Assembly (NCBI GenBank): GCA_030390025.1
Contig: CM059448.1
Location: forward strand, 8,742,001 to 8,806,000
Direction of reading: 5' to 3'
Source: Squalus acanthias
Taxonomy: Eukaryota
Length of the DNA: 64,000 nucleotides
Shown here: positions 38,419-52,531 of the stretch, piece after piece
Position numbering within the stretch: position 1 is the stretch's first letter
How the letters are laid out: the number at the start of each line of letters is the position of its first letter
Program-made: the position numbers and the translations under genes
The notes under the pieces: generated by a model
What the model was told of the DNA's origin: nothing
The model's input: only the letters and a program-made list of their open reading frames with translations
Database searches by the model: none

Positions 38419-40579
38419 ATTATATCAAAATTCCACGGCATGGCACGATAGGATGTGTGAATCCACACATGGTGAATTTCTGATCTCATTCATATTGCTA
38501 GAATGAGGTGCCAAGTAGTGGGCAGGTGTTCTCCTGAAGGGCAAATTGAAGTGCAACACTTGGTAGCCAAATACTGAACAGCACTGATGGGGCCTGAAGT
38601 GCAAGTTACCTGGGGAATGAGGGTTGCCCTAGGAAGAGTAGAGAACCTAAGAATTATTTTTAGTTCTTGAAGCTTTCAGTCTCAAGTGCAAATATTTAAA
38701 TTTCTATGCAAACGAACTGTGCTGCCTGAACTTGCTTGGCTGCATTTCCAGATCCTGGAATGAGAAAAAAATACGTGGTGTAAATCACATTGTAAAGGTG
38801 CAAATTCCTTTGCTGCAGAACATCTTTTAGATTGTGGAAATTGGAGCATTTTCCATTCTGGAGTGGTCCCTGGGAGATCTGCTCCACACATTCGCCACCC
38901 TATGCATAAAGTGGTTACATCTCATGTTGAAGTACCAACACACAAGTGTAATTCCCTACTCCATTGAGTTGGATGATATAATGCTAAGTGGAGCAAATAG
39001 TGTAGGAAGATAGAAGGGAGAATTGGATAGATATTTGAGGGAGTATGCAGTTGAATTATATTAGATTTTGGGACTGATCAGATGGACTGCAGAGTCTTTT
39101 CCAGCCCTAGATGTTCCTATGTTGCTACTTTCCTATTACACGAAGATGTGGCAAATCTGTAGTCATGTGGTGTCAGAGCACTTGAGCCCCATCACAGAAC
39201 AGCACAGAATAGTGGGACATGAGATTAAAAATCTTGTCTAACTCTGGCTGTTCTGTATTGAAAACTGCATGTTCTCTGGAAAGTAATTACATTTTTGAAA
39301 CTGTTTAGAGAGAATTAGAATAAATATAATGGACTTTGTCAGCTTTAGTAATGTATATTAAAATATTGAAAATGCTTAAAGAATTTTGGGTACTTGAAAG
39401 CTGTTGCAACATTTTTTTTGAAGTACAACAGACATATAGCATACTGACTCCAAAACACAACAGCTTTCCTTCCACTGTAACAATCTGGATAATATCTAAT
39501 GTCATATCGGTAGCCCTTGGGACTAAAAATTGATCAGTCAGCCTAAACATTCACAGTACAGTATTGACTATCTTACAGCAGAATATAGAGAGTCATCTTT
39601 GTTTTTGCTGCACTTCCGCTTAAGCTGGCAAACTTCTGTCCATTGGATCAAGTTGCAGTTTTTTCTGTTTCTGTCTTGGAGCCCCAGTCTTAATCATCCC
39701 GGCGACCTCTGCAACTGAGAAATAGCAGCTAATGTCATGAACTCATTATCTGAGGATTATCATAGCCTTTTAGCAACTTTTTGGAAAAACTAGCGCTATT
39801 TCTCCAATTAAGTTTTAGTAGGAAGATGTGATAGAAAAATCTCACAGGTATGCATTGAATTAGAATCCTATTCAATTTTGTAGGGCTTGTTTCAAATCTG
39901 CCTCAAATCTCCTACTTTTAAATTTTTTACAATTGGAATAGGCATGTTTTGACACACTGCTTCTCTACTGGGTACCATCTTGAAAATTAACCTTGTAATC
40001 TGGTATCTAGCGAACACTAGATTTCCAAGAAATTTTAAACATTAGTCTCGGACTTGAATTGCAATCGTCACGCTGAAGTGCTGGTTCAGTCCTTTACATG
40101 ACGTTTCCTGGATGAATATCTGCATTCTCCACTTACTTTACCTAGTCAAGTTTTTAGTTAACTAAAATCACAAACTACAGGTAAGGTGTGATTACTTTAT
40201 TTCCAGATTACAAACAAGAATAAAGTCTTAAATTATAATTCACCTAGTGGTTGACATTTAATTGGGGGCTGGGGTGAATGGAATATGTACAGCAGAGTAT
40301 GGTAAAGGACTTTTGAACCTGTAGCTGCATAAGAACATTCCTTGGGTTCTTATGAATAATAAATACCATTGAAAGTTTTCTGCAGTGGGCTATGTCTGAC
40401 ATTTAATAAGCATAGATGGACCCCGTCTTGGGCAAAAAATGTCATGACTTTCACAGTTGCCCCTTCTCAAGAGCACAGCAAATTGATAAATTATATTTAA
40501 ATTAATAAATACTTTGTGTAAAGTGTTAAGCCCCTACTCGCAGAGTAATCTTGTGAAAATGTTAATTATGAATGGACTC

Positions 40580-40690
40580 TCAGCAGATGAAGGAAATTTG
40601 GTTGATACTGCAGATCCTGACTTTCAGACGCTAGTTGACATGGTTTGCTCACAGAAGAATTTATAGCAAAATTAAAGGCTCATGGTGAAG
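40580..40690 (+). mobile_element. Decayed CR1 RT remnant next to the young LINE
   Basis: gactttcag..gctagttgacatggt...atagcaaaattaaaggctcatggt resembles DFQKAFDKV...IAKLKAHG. Confidence 0.45.
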
Positions 40691-40701
40691 TGTTCATGTT
40701 G

Positions 40702-43700
40702 ATTCATAGAATCATAGAAGATAGGAGCAGGAGTAGGCCATTCGGCCCCTCTAGCCTGCTCCGCCATTCAATGCGATCATGGCTGATCATCCAAATTCAG
40801 TACCCTGTCCCTGCTTTCTCCCCATATCCCTTGATCCCTTTAGCCTTAAGAAATATATCCAACTCCTTCTTGAATCTATATAATGAATTGGCCTCTACTG
40901 CCTTCTGTGGCAGAGAATTCCACAGGTTCACCACTCTCTGAGTGAAGAAATTCCTCCTCATTTCTGTCCTAAATGGCTTACCCCTTATCCTTAGACTGTG
41001 ACCCCTGGTTCTGGACTCCCCAACCATCGGGAACATCCTTCCTGCATCTAGTTTGTCCTGTCCTGTCAGAATTTTATAAGTTTCAATGAGATCCCCCCTC
41101 ATTCTTCTAAACTCCAGCGAGTATAAGCCCAATCGACCCAATCTCTCTTCTTACGTCATTCCTGCCATCCCAGGTATCAGCCTTGTGAATCTTCGCTGAA
41201 CTCCTTCCATGGCAAGAACATTCTTCCTCAGATAAGGCGACCAAAACTGCACACAGTACTCAAGGTGTGGTCTCACCAAGGCCCTGTACAACTGCAGCAA
41301 GACATCCTTGTTCCTGTACTCAAACCCTCTCGCTATGAAGGCCAACATACCATTTGCCTTCTTAACCGCCTGCTGCACCTGCATGCTTACCTTCAGCGAC
41401 TGGTGCACAAGGACACCCAGGTCTCGTTGCACTTCCCCTTCTCCCAATCTATTGCCATTCAGATAATCTGCCTTTCTGTTTTTGACACCAGAGTGGATAA
41501 CCTCACATTTATCCACGTTATATTGCATCTGCCACGCTTCTGCCCAATCACCCAACCTGTCCAAATCATCCTGGAGTTTCTCGGCATCCTCCTCGCAGCA
41601 CACACGCCCACCCAGTTTTGTGTCGTCTGCAAACTTGGAGATATTACATCTAGTTCCCTTGTCTAGATCATTAATATATATTGTGAATAGCTGGGGTCCA
41701 AGGACCGATCCCTGCGGTACCCCACTAGTCACTGCCTGCCACTCGGAAAAAGACCCGTTTATTGCAACTCTTTGCTTTCTGTCTGCCAACCAGTTCTCTA
41801 TCCAAGTCAATACCTTACCCCCAATCCCATGTGCGTTAACTTTACACGCTAATCTCTTATGCGGGACCTTATCAAAAGCCTTTTGGAAGTCCAAATACAC
41901 CACATCCACTGGTTCTCCCTTATCTATTTTACCAGTTACATCCTCAAAAAATTCCAATAGATTAGTCAAGCATGATTTACCTTTTGTAAATCCATGTTGA
42001 CTTTGTCCGATCCTGTCACTGTTTTTCAAGTGCTCAGCTATTACATCTTTTATAATGGACTCTAGCATTTTCCCCACTACCGATGTCAGGCTTACCGGTC
42101 TGTAATTCACCGATTTCTCTCTACCACCCTTTTTGAATAGTGGGGTAACATTAGCTACCCTCCAATCCATGGGTACTGTTCCAGATTCCATCGAATGTTG
42201 GAAGATGATCAGCAATGCATCTACTATTTCTAGGGCCACTTCCTTAAGTACCCTAGGATGTAGATTATCAGGCCCTGGGGATTTATCGGCCTTCAATCCC
42301 TTCAATTTCCCTAACACCATTTCCCTACAAATACTGATTTCTTTCAGTTCCTCCCTTTCATCAGACCCTATGTTCCCCAACATCTCTGGGAGGTTATTTG
42401 TGTCCTCCTTTGTGAAGACAGAACCAAAATATGTATTTAATTGGCCTGACATTTCTTTGTTCCCCATTATATTTAGGCAACACGGTGGCATAGTGGTTAG
42501 CACTGTTGCCTCACAGCGCCAGGGACCCGGATTCGAATCCGGCCTCGGGTGACTGTCTGTGTGGAGTTTGCACATTCTCCCTGTGTCTGCGTGGGTTTCC
42601 TCCGGGTGCTCCGGTTTCCTCCCACAGTCCAAAGATGTGCGGGTTAGGTTGATTTGGCTATGATAAATTGACCCTTAGTGTTAGGGGGGATTAAATATGT
42701 GGGGTTACGGGGATAGGGTGGGATATGTGTCGGTGCAGGCTCGATGAGCCGAAATGGCCTCTATCTGCACTGTGGGGATTCTGTGATTCTATAAGTTCCC
42801 CTGATTCTGACTGCAAGGGACCTATGCTTGATTTCACTAATCTTTTTCTCTCCACATATCTATAAAAGCTTTTACAGTCAGTTTTTATGTTCCCTGCAAG
42901 CTTACTCTCGTATTCTATTTTCCCCTTCTTAATTAATCCCTTTGTCCTCCTTTGTTGAATCTTAAACTGCTCCCAATCCACAGGGTTACTGCTTTTTCTG
43001 GCCAATTTATATGCCCTCTCCTTGGATCTTATGCTATCCCTAATTTCCCTTGTTAGCCATGGTTGAGTCACCCTTTTTGCTTTATTCTTATGCCAAACTG
43101 GGATGAACAAATTCTGTAGTTCATCCATGCGGTCTTTGAATGTTTGCCATTGCCTCTCCACCGTCAACCCTTTGAGTGACATTCCCCAATCAATCCTACC
43201 CAACTCGCACCTCATACCATCGTAGTTTCCTTTATTTAAATTCAGGACCCTAGTCTGAGTCAACTACTTCACTCTCCATCCTAATGAAGAATTCTATCAT
43301 ATTATGATCGCTCCGACCCAAGGGGCCTCGCACAACAAGATTGCTAATTAATCCTTTCTCATTGCATAATACCCAGTCTAAGATGGCCTGATCTCTGGTT
43401 GGTTCCTCGACATACTGGTCCAGGAAACCATCCCGTAAACACTCCAGGAATAATTCCTCCATAGTATTGTTACTAATTTGGTTAGCCCAATCTATATGTA
43501 GATTAAAGTCACCCATGATGACTGCTGTGCCCTTATTGCACGCTTCTCTAATTTCCCTTTTAATGCCATCCCCAGCCTCCGCATTACTGTTTGGAGGTCT
43601 ATATATCACTCCCACTAACGTTTTCTGCCCCTTGTTATTTCTCAGTTCAACCCATACAGATTCCACATCATCAGAGCTAATATCCTTCCTTTCAATTGTG

Positions 43701-44075
43701 TTAATCCCCTCTTTAACCAGCAATGCTACCCCACCTCCCTTTCCTTTTTACCTCCCTTTCCTTTTTGCCTATCTTTCCTGAATATTGAGTACCCCTGGAT
43801 ATTAAGTTCCCAGCCTTGGCCACCCTGGAGCCATGTTTCGGTAATCCCAATCAAATCATATTCGTTTACCTCTATTTGCGCAGCTAATTCGTCCACCTTG
43901 TTCCGAATGCTCCTTGCATTAAGACACAAAGCCTTCAGGCTTGTTTTTTTAACGCTCTTAGACCTATTAGAATTAGTATTTACTGTGGCCATGTTTGATT
44001 TAAACCGTTGTTTTCTCTGACTGCAACTTTTGTTTTTCTCCTTCCTATCTTTTGCTTTTATCCTTGATTCCCAAT
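40702..44075 (-). mobile_element. CR1/HER1 LINE with essentially complete but disrupted ORF2 (APE endonuclease + RT)
   Basis: CLNARSIRNK, GITETW, YRPP, GDFN, SDH (EN); SGVPQGSVLGP, FADD (RT); lesions: 17-bp duplication 43733-66, frameshift ~43260, SINE insertion, in-frame TAA at 41151-53. Confidence 0.97.
42472..42789 (+). mobile_element. Full-length HE1/V-SINE inserted antisense into the CR1
   Basis: A/B boxes, V domain, CR1-like tail ggctcgatgagccgaaatggcct...gattctgtgattc; TATA duplicated at 42468-71 and 42790-93. Confidence 0.93.
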
Positions 44076-45904
44076 TTTAATAAAATAATTGCAGCATAGA
44101 TTTCTCTAAAATAATCCGGTCTAATCACTATTTGTGAATTTGCTGTTGACCTCGAATACAAGTTGTTTGATTCGTTAAATTAATATTGTACTATGTTTAA
44201 TATTCCATGTTCAGGTACAATCTAAAGAAATGTAGAATAGTCTCTTCACTGTTCTGAAATGCTACATTTAGAAAGATCATTCCAATTATACCACCAAGGC
44301 TATATATTTGTATTTAAGTACTAAGTTCCCACAAATGTTTAAGCAGACTGTACATGTATATCGCTTCCTGTTGGCAGGATAAGTACTTACAAATCCATCC
44401 TTTAGTTTCTGTCACCCTTGGAAGAATCTGGGGTCCACATAATATGACGACTCAATGTTGCCAAAACACACACAAACTAGAATTCATCATGAATGGTGTG
44501 TGTTAAAGTCCCTCAAATTGAAATGATTCTAACTCCAATTACTGCTGAAGAGTATTTCTTTTTAATATTTTGCAAAAGTTCCACCATTCTAACTGCAGCG
44601 ATAGGATGACTTTCTCATGGGGTTGGGGTGGAAAATGAGCTCCCCCCCCCCCCCCCATTGGCACTACATGGCAACTGAACCTCAGCCATTGTAATAACTG
44701 ATGGTACCACAAGAGCTGTAAACTAAACATTATTTTTAGAACTAGTAACTAACCAGCAAAAAAAAATTACATTTATTCTGATTGGTCATATGTTGTATAT
44801 ACTAGTTTTCATGTTAAAGCTTTATTTTACATTCTCTGTTTTCTTGCCAAGCATTTGTATCCGTTTTGAGATTTTAGTTCTGTAAAAGAAAAATTGTAAA
44901 ATGTGCATAGCTACCTCGGAAGTCCTCGTGCATGACTTGTTCGTTCAGCTTCGTCGTAAAATCCACTTGTCTGAACCTTAGATGGATGACAGTGAAAATA
45001 ATGCGCAGACCTAATGGCATCATCACTAATGTAAAGGGCAGGGTAGAACAATTGCAAATCAATACTGTACAACGTCTGCAAAGCTGCAGCTGAGGTTTTG
45101 GATTTCTTTCAGTCTGAAAAATCTTTACCCAGTGCTGATGAGAAATACAGTATTGGGAAAAAGCTGGTCTAATGTGTTGAATGATTCACTAAAACTAAAA
45201 TATCTTGAGGGCAACTAGAGAAGTCTAAGGCAATGCATTAAACAATTGGGATGTGCACTGTTGGCCTAATGTTTCCTTTTAAACACAAATTTTAATGTCT
45301 TGGCAGGGGATGGGAATATGGACAAGAGGGAGAAAAACAACACCTAAGGCTTCAGATGAGTTGGCTGGATCTTTTGTCTAATATTCCTGTACTGCTTCTG
45401 TTTTTAATAAAAACCATGCACTAGTTGGAGGTAAAATCGACTGAGTCATACAGGCTTTGTCAGCATCCAGCTGCTAAAAGTGACCTAGTTTTTACACTCT
45501 TGCATCTTCAGTAATTTTACTTCCCCCCCCCCCCCCCCCCAGGTTGTTTTAGCCCTATCTGTGCTGGAAAAGCATTTGCATTCCTAGTCACTGCAATTGA
45601 TTGGTTCAGGATGTTTTCAATATCGAAAGCTCTGAGTGAACAAATTGGAATGCTGGCAGTCCAGTTCTACTTGGAATACAAATGTGTCTGAAAGAATCCA
45701 GTCTGACATTCCTGTTTACTTTGAAACTCCAATAAGTCACTTTTGGATACAAAACCAAATTTTGTAAGAGTATAATGCATCTCTCTAGTAGCAATCTATC
45801 ATTTTTATTATAAACATCATGAGATTATAATTATATTTCACCTAATATAATTTAATTGCTTTGCAGTTTGCTCGGCTCCTATAATCCTTGAAGTTGTGGT
45901 TGTT

Positions 45905-46700
45905 CAATTAATAGTCAGAGCTTGTAGGTCAGGACTTTATCTAAGCTTGCACTTCAGTATAGTACTGAGGGTTTGTTGCACTGTTGAAAGTGCTGTTCAC
46001 TGGGAGGAAATTTTAAAACCAAGGATCTTTTTGCCTATTTCACTGGTTCCGGTGGACATTTAAAGATGCTTTTATATTGTGACCCATATAGTGTCACTGT
46101 CTCCCAACCATTTGCAACCCAAACGTAAACTTGTCATGATTCATCAAGGCCAAGGACGGGAAGACTCGGGGTTGTTATAGCCACTGGTCTTGGCGAACCC
46201 TGGCAAGTTTATGTCTGGGTTGTAGCTGGTTGCATGAGCAGTATTATCCAGGCTGGTTCCTAGCCACTGACCGTAGCAAATCTGCTAAGTTTGCTTTGGC
46301 ATTGCAGCTATCTGCATGATCAGTATTATCCAGGAACCCCTGACTGATTATGCACATTTGGATGATATGCACATTTGGATGTTAAGTGGGAAAAGGATCA
46401 AACTTGGCTGTGATGACCCTGCAATCAAATAAACTAGCATACTCATTATGCAAGCTCATGTAATGAATGGCTACTAGAGTAATATACCAGCGAGCACCTG
46501 CTGGGAGTCAAAGCACAGTTCTTACTGCAATATGAAAGCAGCTAATGATCTCGTGGCACTATTTGAAGAGCAGGGAGTTCTCCTGTCCGACATTCCTCCA
46601 TCAACCAATACCACCAAAAACAGGTTAGCTAGCCATTCAACTCGTGATGGGATTTTGCTGTGCACAAAATGGCTCATCACTTAATTTAAAGTAATTCTTT
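45905..46700 (+). mobile_element. Degenerate Deu-SINE (45905-46068, 46545-46700) interrupted by sequence including a family X copy (~46230-46520)
   Basis: cacttcagtatagtactgaggg and gatctcgtggcactatttgaagagcagggagttctcc blocks flank family X blocks. Confidence 0.55.
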
Positions 46701-48871
46701 GCATCTGAATCAATTACTTTTTTTCACTTGGGAATTTGAAGCACCTGCCCACCTTCACCTGAGTTATCTCATTGCTAAGGAGGGACTCTTATTCAGTAAA
46801 GTTTTACAAGCCCCTCTCAGCAGCTGGTCTGTGCAGCATAACCAGAGACTGCAGAAGTTGCATGGCTTTGGGCAGAGAAGGTATTGTACTAAACAAAAAA
46901 TAATCTTAAATTAGTTATTGCTCCAGTTTTTGCCGTACTGGTGTTGGGGGTCCCCTACCATTAATTACAATAGTTGAAATTGGGGTTGCTGCTATTACTG
47001 GGAGAGTAATCTCCACATGTACAGTAAAACGCAGCATATCCTTCTTCATGGAGTAAATTTCAATTCCCAGATACCTAAACTGTTTCATATGAAGAATGAA
47101 TCTTACTAGTTTTTCTTCTCTTTCCTCTCCTGAAGGTATTAACTTTGTGGTATAGTTCCACAGCTTTCCTCTGGCTACAAATGCAGAATAGGAAGGAAAG
47201 GAAAAGCACTCGATTTATATTCTTCTAAAATGACAATCAATTGTTTTACAGACAAATGTCCAGTGTGCTCTGTAAGGCTCCTGACAATCTGAGAACGCTA
47301 GGAGATTCAGACAGGTTTATCCCAGCTGTACGGTTACAATAAAAACTTCTTAAAAACATCATCAGACTCCAGAAATTGAATCGTTTCTAATGTGCACTAT
47401 AGGGAGGACCTTTTCGTCACCCTTGAATGCACTGATTGTATGGTAGATGGATTGGGGGCAGGTAGACGCTATATTGTTCCACTCCATTAAAGGATGTTTT
47501 AGTAGCTTTGAATTTAAATTAGAGCCTTTTTAATGAACATATTTGGCCTCTGTGCAATTTCTCATATTCTGAAATGTAGCAAAGTTATATAAATACCATT
47601 TGTTGTTGCAGCTTATTCACTATCCTAATCAGTTTTTTCCCCACATACTTGTATCCATAGTAATGTTTGAATGACATTTCCTTCTAAAACTATTTAGTTT
47701 GGGTGATGTCATAGAGTGGTCATATGCGTGTTCAACCCCAGCTCTGAATTATAGACCTGCTTTGGTATGATACCAAGCAGAGACCTGGTGCATTCCAACA
47801 GGGGGAAATCTAGGAGTCTTATTCGACTGCTTTTGTACGCCACCTAGCACTGGTTCAGATGGTATGGAGGGGGCCTGGATGTATGTCACTGCCCCCCTCG
47901 CGTGACTGTATAATTGATGACCTGAGGAGGGGGAAAAGGATGAGAAAATTTATAGGATCATTATTTTCAAGTGTTAGGCAGATTTTTTTGAGAGATTAAG
48001 GCGAAATGTATATTTTGTCATACTCAAGTGATTCAATGATGTATGCCAATTATGTTTGACAAACTTTTCTCTTTGCATGCAGTGCCATTTTAAAGTGACT
48101 GGCGCTGAATTGTACAGAATTCATCCAAATATAATTTCCTATTACTGGACATTTTTAAATGTGAGGAACGTATTTAGTCTGCATATACCAGTATTGTATA
48201 AATGCTTTCAAATGGTTGGATTCCAAAGTCCCTTGACTGAACATGTGATCATTTGGTCTTATTAATGCTATCTGTATGACTCGGCAAACATTAATGGTTA
48301 AACTATAACACTAAAGGTCACTTGCATGGATTCATTATTGATCTTTTCCTGGTAATTGTGATACTGACTTAAAGAGCAATGCTAGTAGAATCATGAGCCA
48401 ATGAAAATTATGGGATTACCATTTTTTTAATACAAGAAAATGAATGTTTCAGAATGGAACAATGTTTCAGATGTGCAGTAAAGATTATCGCCATGTGTAA
48501 ACCATGTATTTTATTGTGGAAAGAACAATTATTCCAGATCAAGAAAATCAGTTAAGACAACCGTATACATTGCTGTTTATTGGATAGTGATGATTACATT
48601 TCCATAAATGCCACCAAGATAATTGGTGTTCTGCAGAACCAAGATTTTAGCTTTTTTATTTACTTATAACACATGTGGCACATCTAGTTTGAATCTATAT
48701 TAAAAATTATTCTACATAGAATAAGCATGAGCAGTTCAGTTAAGATGCACTTGGGAGCAAGTCCAGGGCTGTACATTTGATATAGGCAATATGCAAGAAT
48801 TATGCTCACTTTGAAATGTATCCTGTTCATTAAAGTAAATAGGCTAGAAATTTCTGGGAAGTCACACCAGT

Positions 48872-48985
48872 ACATAGAATTACATAGAATCTACAGCACA
48901 GAAACTGGCCATTTGGCCCAACTGGTCCATGTCAGTGTTTATGCACCACATGAGCCTCCACCCACCCTAGTTCATCTAACTATTA
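48872..48985 (-). mobile_element. CR1 3' tail
   Basis: acatagaattacatagaatctacagcacagaaactggccatttggccc. Confidence 0.75.
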
Positions 48986-50881
48986 GAATAAAGCATTAAT
49001 GTCTTGCGCCATTATTAATTCATAATTCCAGCAGTTTGTTGTGTAACTGAGATATGCCATGAGTGCCGAACCTCCGCAAATTGCTGGACGATTTGCGCCA
49101 CTCCTCAGTTAGCCTCACCAAAGCTGATAAGTCTGTTCTCGCTCTGAGGCTCCTATTGTAGTTAATGACTATCATGAAATTGCTGGATTTACGACATTAT
49201 TGCGACCTAATCATGACACGGTCATTTGGGGCTGGAAATCTATGATGATGAGATTTATGGTCCTCGCATGACCCCTCAACATGGGAGGTCCATGAAAGGT
49301 CCAGTATAACACGAGTCACTCTGGCAATTAGTGAATTGTTTCTGGAGATTTTTAATTCTTTTTGGCAGCCTTTTTGTCAGTCTTGCCATCCACACTCCTG
49401 TTGGTGTCGGAAGGCAATCATTTTCAAGACACAAAGCTGTTTCGACACTTGGAAGAGGGTGAAATCAGTGCAATTACATACCCGCTGGGTGTTCCACTGT
49501 TCCTGATCACGATTGGACAACCTAGAAGAGGAGTTGAGAGCAGGCCGTTTAGTGAGAAAGTCACCCGCTGTGATGGACAGTAAAAGTTCCAAATAATGGA
49601 TCTTATTTACAACTGAATTTTGTAAAGTTAGTGCCAAGTTACTACTTTTACATTCATTTTTAAACCTACACATAGGAATGTAGTTTAAAGGAACTTGGTG
49701 TTCTGTGAGAAGGTAAATTTCTACTAATCACAAAAATAATTTTGTTACCAGCTAGCGCCAGTTGTGAATATGATGCTTCATTTTTTAAAGAAATGGTCAT
49801 TTCATGTAACTGTCAGTAATGAAGTTTTTCTATTATGCATTTCAAATCATTTTGTGGAAGCCAGTGAGGAACATGTCATTACAGCATTCTTACACAACCA
49901 TTTAGTAATGATGTAACCAGAAATTTGATGATTAAGCACAGTAAGAGACAAAATAAAGTTTATCTTCCATCTCATTAAAAAAAAATGTTTTTATTATTCT
50001 GGTTGTACAAATAGATGTCCTTGTAATAAGCTATCTGGGAACACTGGTAATCAATGAGGATTCTGCTCCGCTTTGGAATCTATTGTAACAAAACTATTCC
50101 TCCTCTTACTCCTATATTACTATTGAAGTTTAAAATGTATTCATTAAATCATGTTGGAAATGGAAATTGCCAGTCTTTGTATAGCATTATCCACACCCAG
50201 TATTTTCCAACAGGTTTTTTTATATTTATAGTAATGTATAACAAACAATGAGGCAGGTTTTAAGCGATTTCCTTTACATTACTGTACCTACTGTGTTTAT
50301 GCAATTTTTCTTAAGTAATTCTGTATTTCTTTTAGATTACTGACACAAAGAATACAGCTTCTATATTAATTGAAAAAGAAGTTGTTGGTTTTGTATGTTT
50401 TTTAAGGTGCTTAGTGTAGGCATTGTTGGATAATTGATCTATTGCCAAAATTAAACCAGGTGAGGGTAAAGTAATTTCCAACGTTATAACATGGGCACAA
50501 GGTACTGAATAGAGTCTGTTAGCATTTCAGCTCCTAAATGGCATTGCAAGTTATGTATATGCATGAGAAAATCTCTTGTGTCTCAGCTTTGTTCATAACC
50601 TTTTTGTAGCATAGAGGTTGGACTTGTTATATTCACTTGAATACAGCTAATTAACATCAGGCTTTGAAGATAGATTGCAAACACTGGGATGATATGAATC
50701 ATTGTTTACACTGATGCTAATATCAACACTATTAGCAAAAGTAATAGGACCTTAATTAAATACTTCCTAATCTTACATGAGTAAAATTGTTTTTTTTAAC
50801 AATGTCCTTTTATAACTTTCTGTAGTTTTGTGTTGTCTTAATTTATACTTGTAAACCTCACATTACACAAGTTTGCAATCT

Positions 50882-50906
50882 CCCCCCCCCCCCCCCCCCC
50901 CCCCCC
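50882..50906. repeat. C25 homopolymer (others: C34 18795-18828, C15 44642-44656, C18 45523-45540)
   Basis: Read directly. Confidence 0.9.
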
Positions 50907-51254
50907 ACCCCCACCTATTTTCACTGATCTAATCCCCAAAATTCCATGGACTAGATTGTGATGCAGTGAAATCTGATGATCGGGTTATTATTTTTTTATT
51001 TTATATTTTGCTTTAAGTCCCCATTGCTGCTTTGTAGCACCAGCCCTGCCTCTCAGGCAGGCAAATGAAACCATCTGTGAACTCCAGTAACCCAAAAATC
51101 AACCATTGACAAAGTCTGAAGCAAATACTGTGCTTTTGACCCTTCCAAGGTATATTCCATTTCTAGGGTGTCAGAGGTGCAGTTTACATTTTATATAGAA
51201 GCCCCCATACAATTTATCCACGGCTTTTGTGGTCTCCGAAACTGCTAGAATATA

Positions 51255-51432
51255 TAAGAACATAAGACGCAGGAGTAGGTCATTTGGCCCCTCGAGCCTG
51301 CTTCGCCATTCAATAAGATCATGGCTGATCTGATCTTGGCCTCAACTCCACTTCCCTGCCTGCTCCCCATAACCCTTGACTCCCTTATCGTTCAAAAATC
51401 TGTCTATCTCCACCTTCAATATATTCAATGAA
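51255..51432 (-). mobile_element. Young CR1/HER1 3' tail
   Basis: taagaacataagacgcaggagtaggtcatttggcccctcgagcctg, similar to 17045-17225. Confidence 0.88.
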
Positions 51433-51479
51433 TGAAATTCGTGAGGTATCTATTGTCGCTAGATGCACTGTTATCTACA

Positions 51480-51830
51480 ATATATTAAAAATCTTGTGTC
51501 TGCAAGCACTTCTGGTCAACATTCCCATAATTAATTCCCATGTCCATATTTATAATGGAAACTCTATGTAAACTTGTCACTGTAATTACACTTTCCTGCC
51601 AGTAGCAGCACTGCATTGACACAAGGGTGGTTGCAGCATCGCAAGTTTACATAGGGAGTTTTCATTAAAATTTAGACCTAGGAATTTATAATGAAAATAA
51701 GACCGTATATACAACTTGGCAATTAGTAAATTACATATGCGTGACCTAGTCCTCTAACTCTGCTTCACCTGAAGACTTAAGTTGGTCATGACTCTTCATC
51801 TGCAATGCCACAGGATATAGACTAGTATTT
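51480..51830 (+). repeat. Unclassified old dispersed repeat, copy 2
   Basis: Same colinear blocks as 20780-21220. Confidence 0.7.
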
Positions 51831-52079
51831 TTTTTTCCATTCTTGATAGAACCTTGGACCCTGATTGATGCAGCTAGTTTTTCTCTCAAACATTAGCTTT
51901 GTGATTTAATTTGACCTCTGCCCTTGTACAAATCAGTACTATTTACTGACTAGAGCTGCTGCCTTTTCGTAAATCCAAAACCAAACTAGTAGCATGATAG
52001 GGGCATGAAAGCTGGACCATGCCTTGAATTATGAGTTCTTGGTGACAAATAATTGAAAACCTTAAGGCTTCTACATCAC

Positions 52080-52495
52080 AAAAATAAATACAACAGGGTG
52101 GCCATTTGCTCCATCTTGTTCATTCTTCCATAGAAACGATTATCCCATCATAGCATCTAACTCTCTCTTCAAGGTCTCCAGAGTTTTTGCCTCCATTACC
52201 TTACCTGGAAGACCATACGAGGTATCACTTTGTGTGAAGAAGTGCTTTCTGACCTCCGTCCCGAACGTGCCTTTTACCAGTGTGTGCTTATTGACCTGCA
52301 CTTGTGATTATAGTGCTCAGGATTAACTCTTTCTATTCCACTTGTATAGCTGTATAAAGTACGTTCACATTCACCTTTCAAGACTGAAAATCCAAGTTTT
52401 TCTAACCTTTCCTCATAAATCAGTCCTCTAGCATCAGGAATTAGCCTTGTGACCCTTCACTGGCACCGCTTCAAGGGTTTGAATGTTTAAGGCGC
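52080..52495 (-). mobile_element. Degenerate CR1 3' end
   Basis: gtggccatttgctccatc, gtgtgaagaagtgctttct, tcaggaattagccttgtgacccttc. Confidence 0.6.
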
Positions 52496-52531
52496 TAACC
52501 TGCCGTGAGCACTATGCAGCTTCAGTACAAT

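Noticed and set aside
42478-42550. tRNA gene
   Set aside because: tRNA-derived SINE head continuing into the V domain; the same applies to the other A/B-box hits
41151-42632. 493-aa ORF as a novel SINE-RT fusion protein gene
   Set aside because: It starts at TTG inside the antisense SINE, is simply the open RT segment of a broken CR1 ORF2 and ends at a premature stop; no evidence of expression
45130-45160. CTGATGAGAAA as a second hammerhead core
   Set aside because: No helix II between the boxes and no convincing flanking helices
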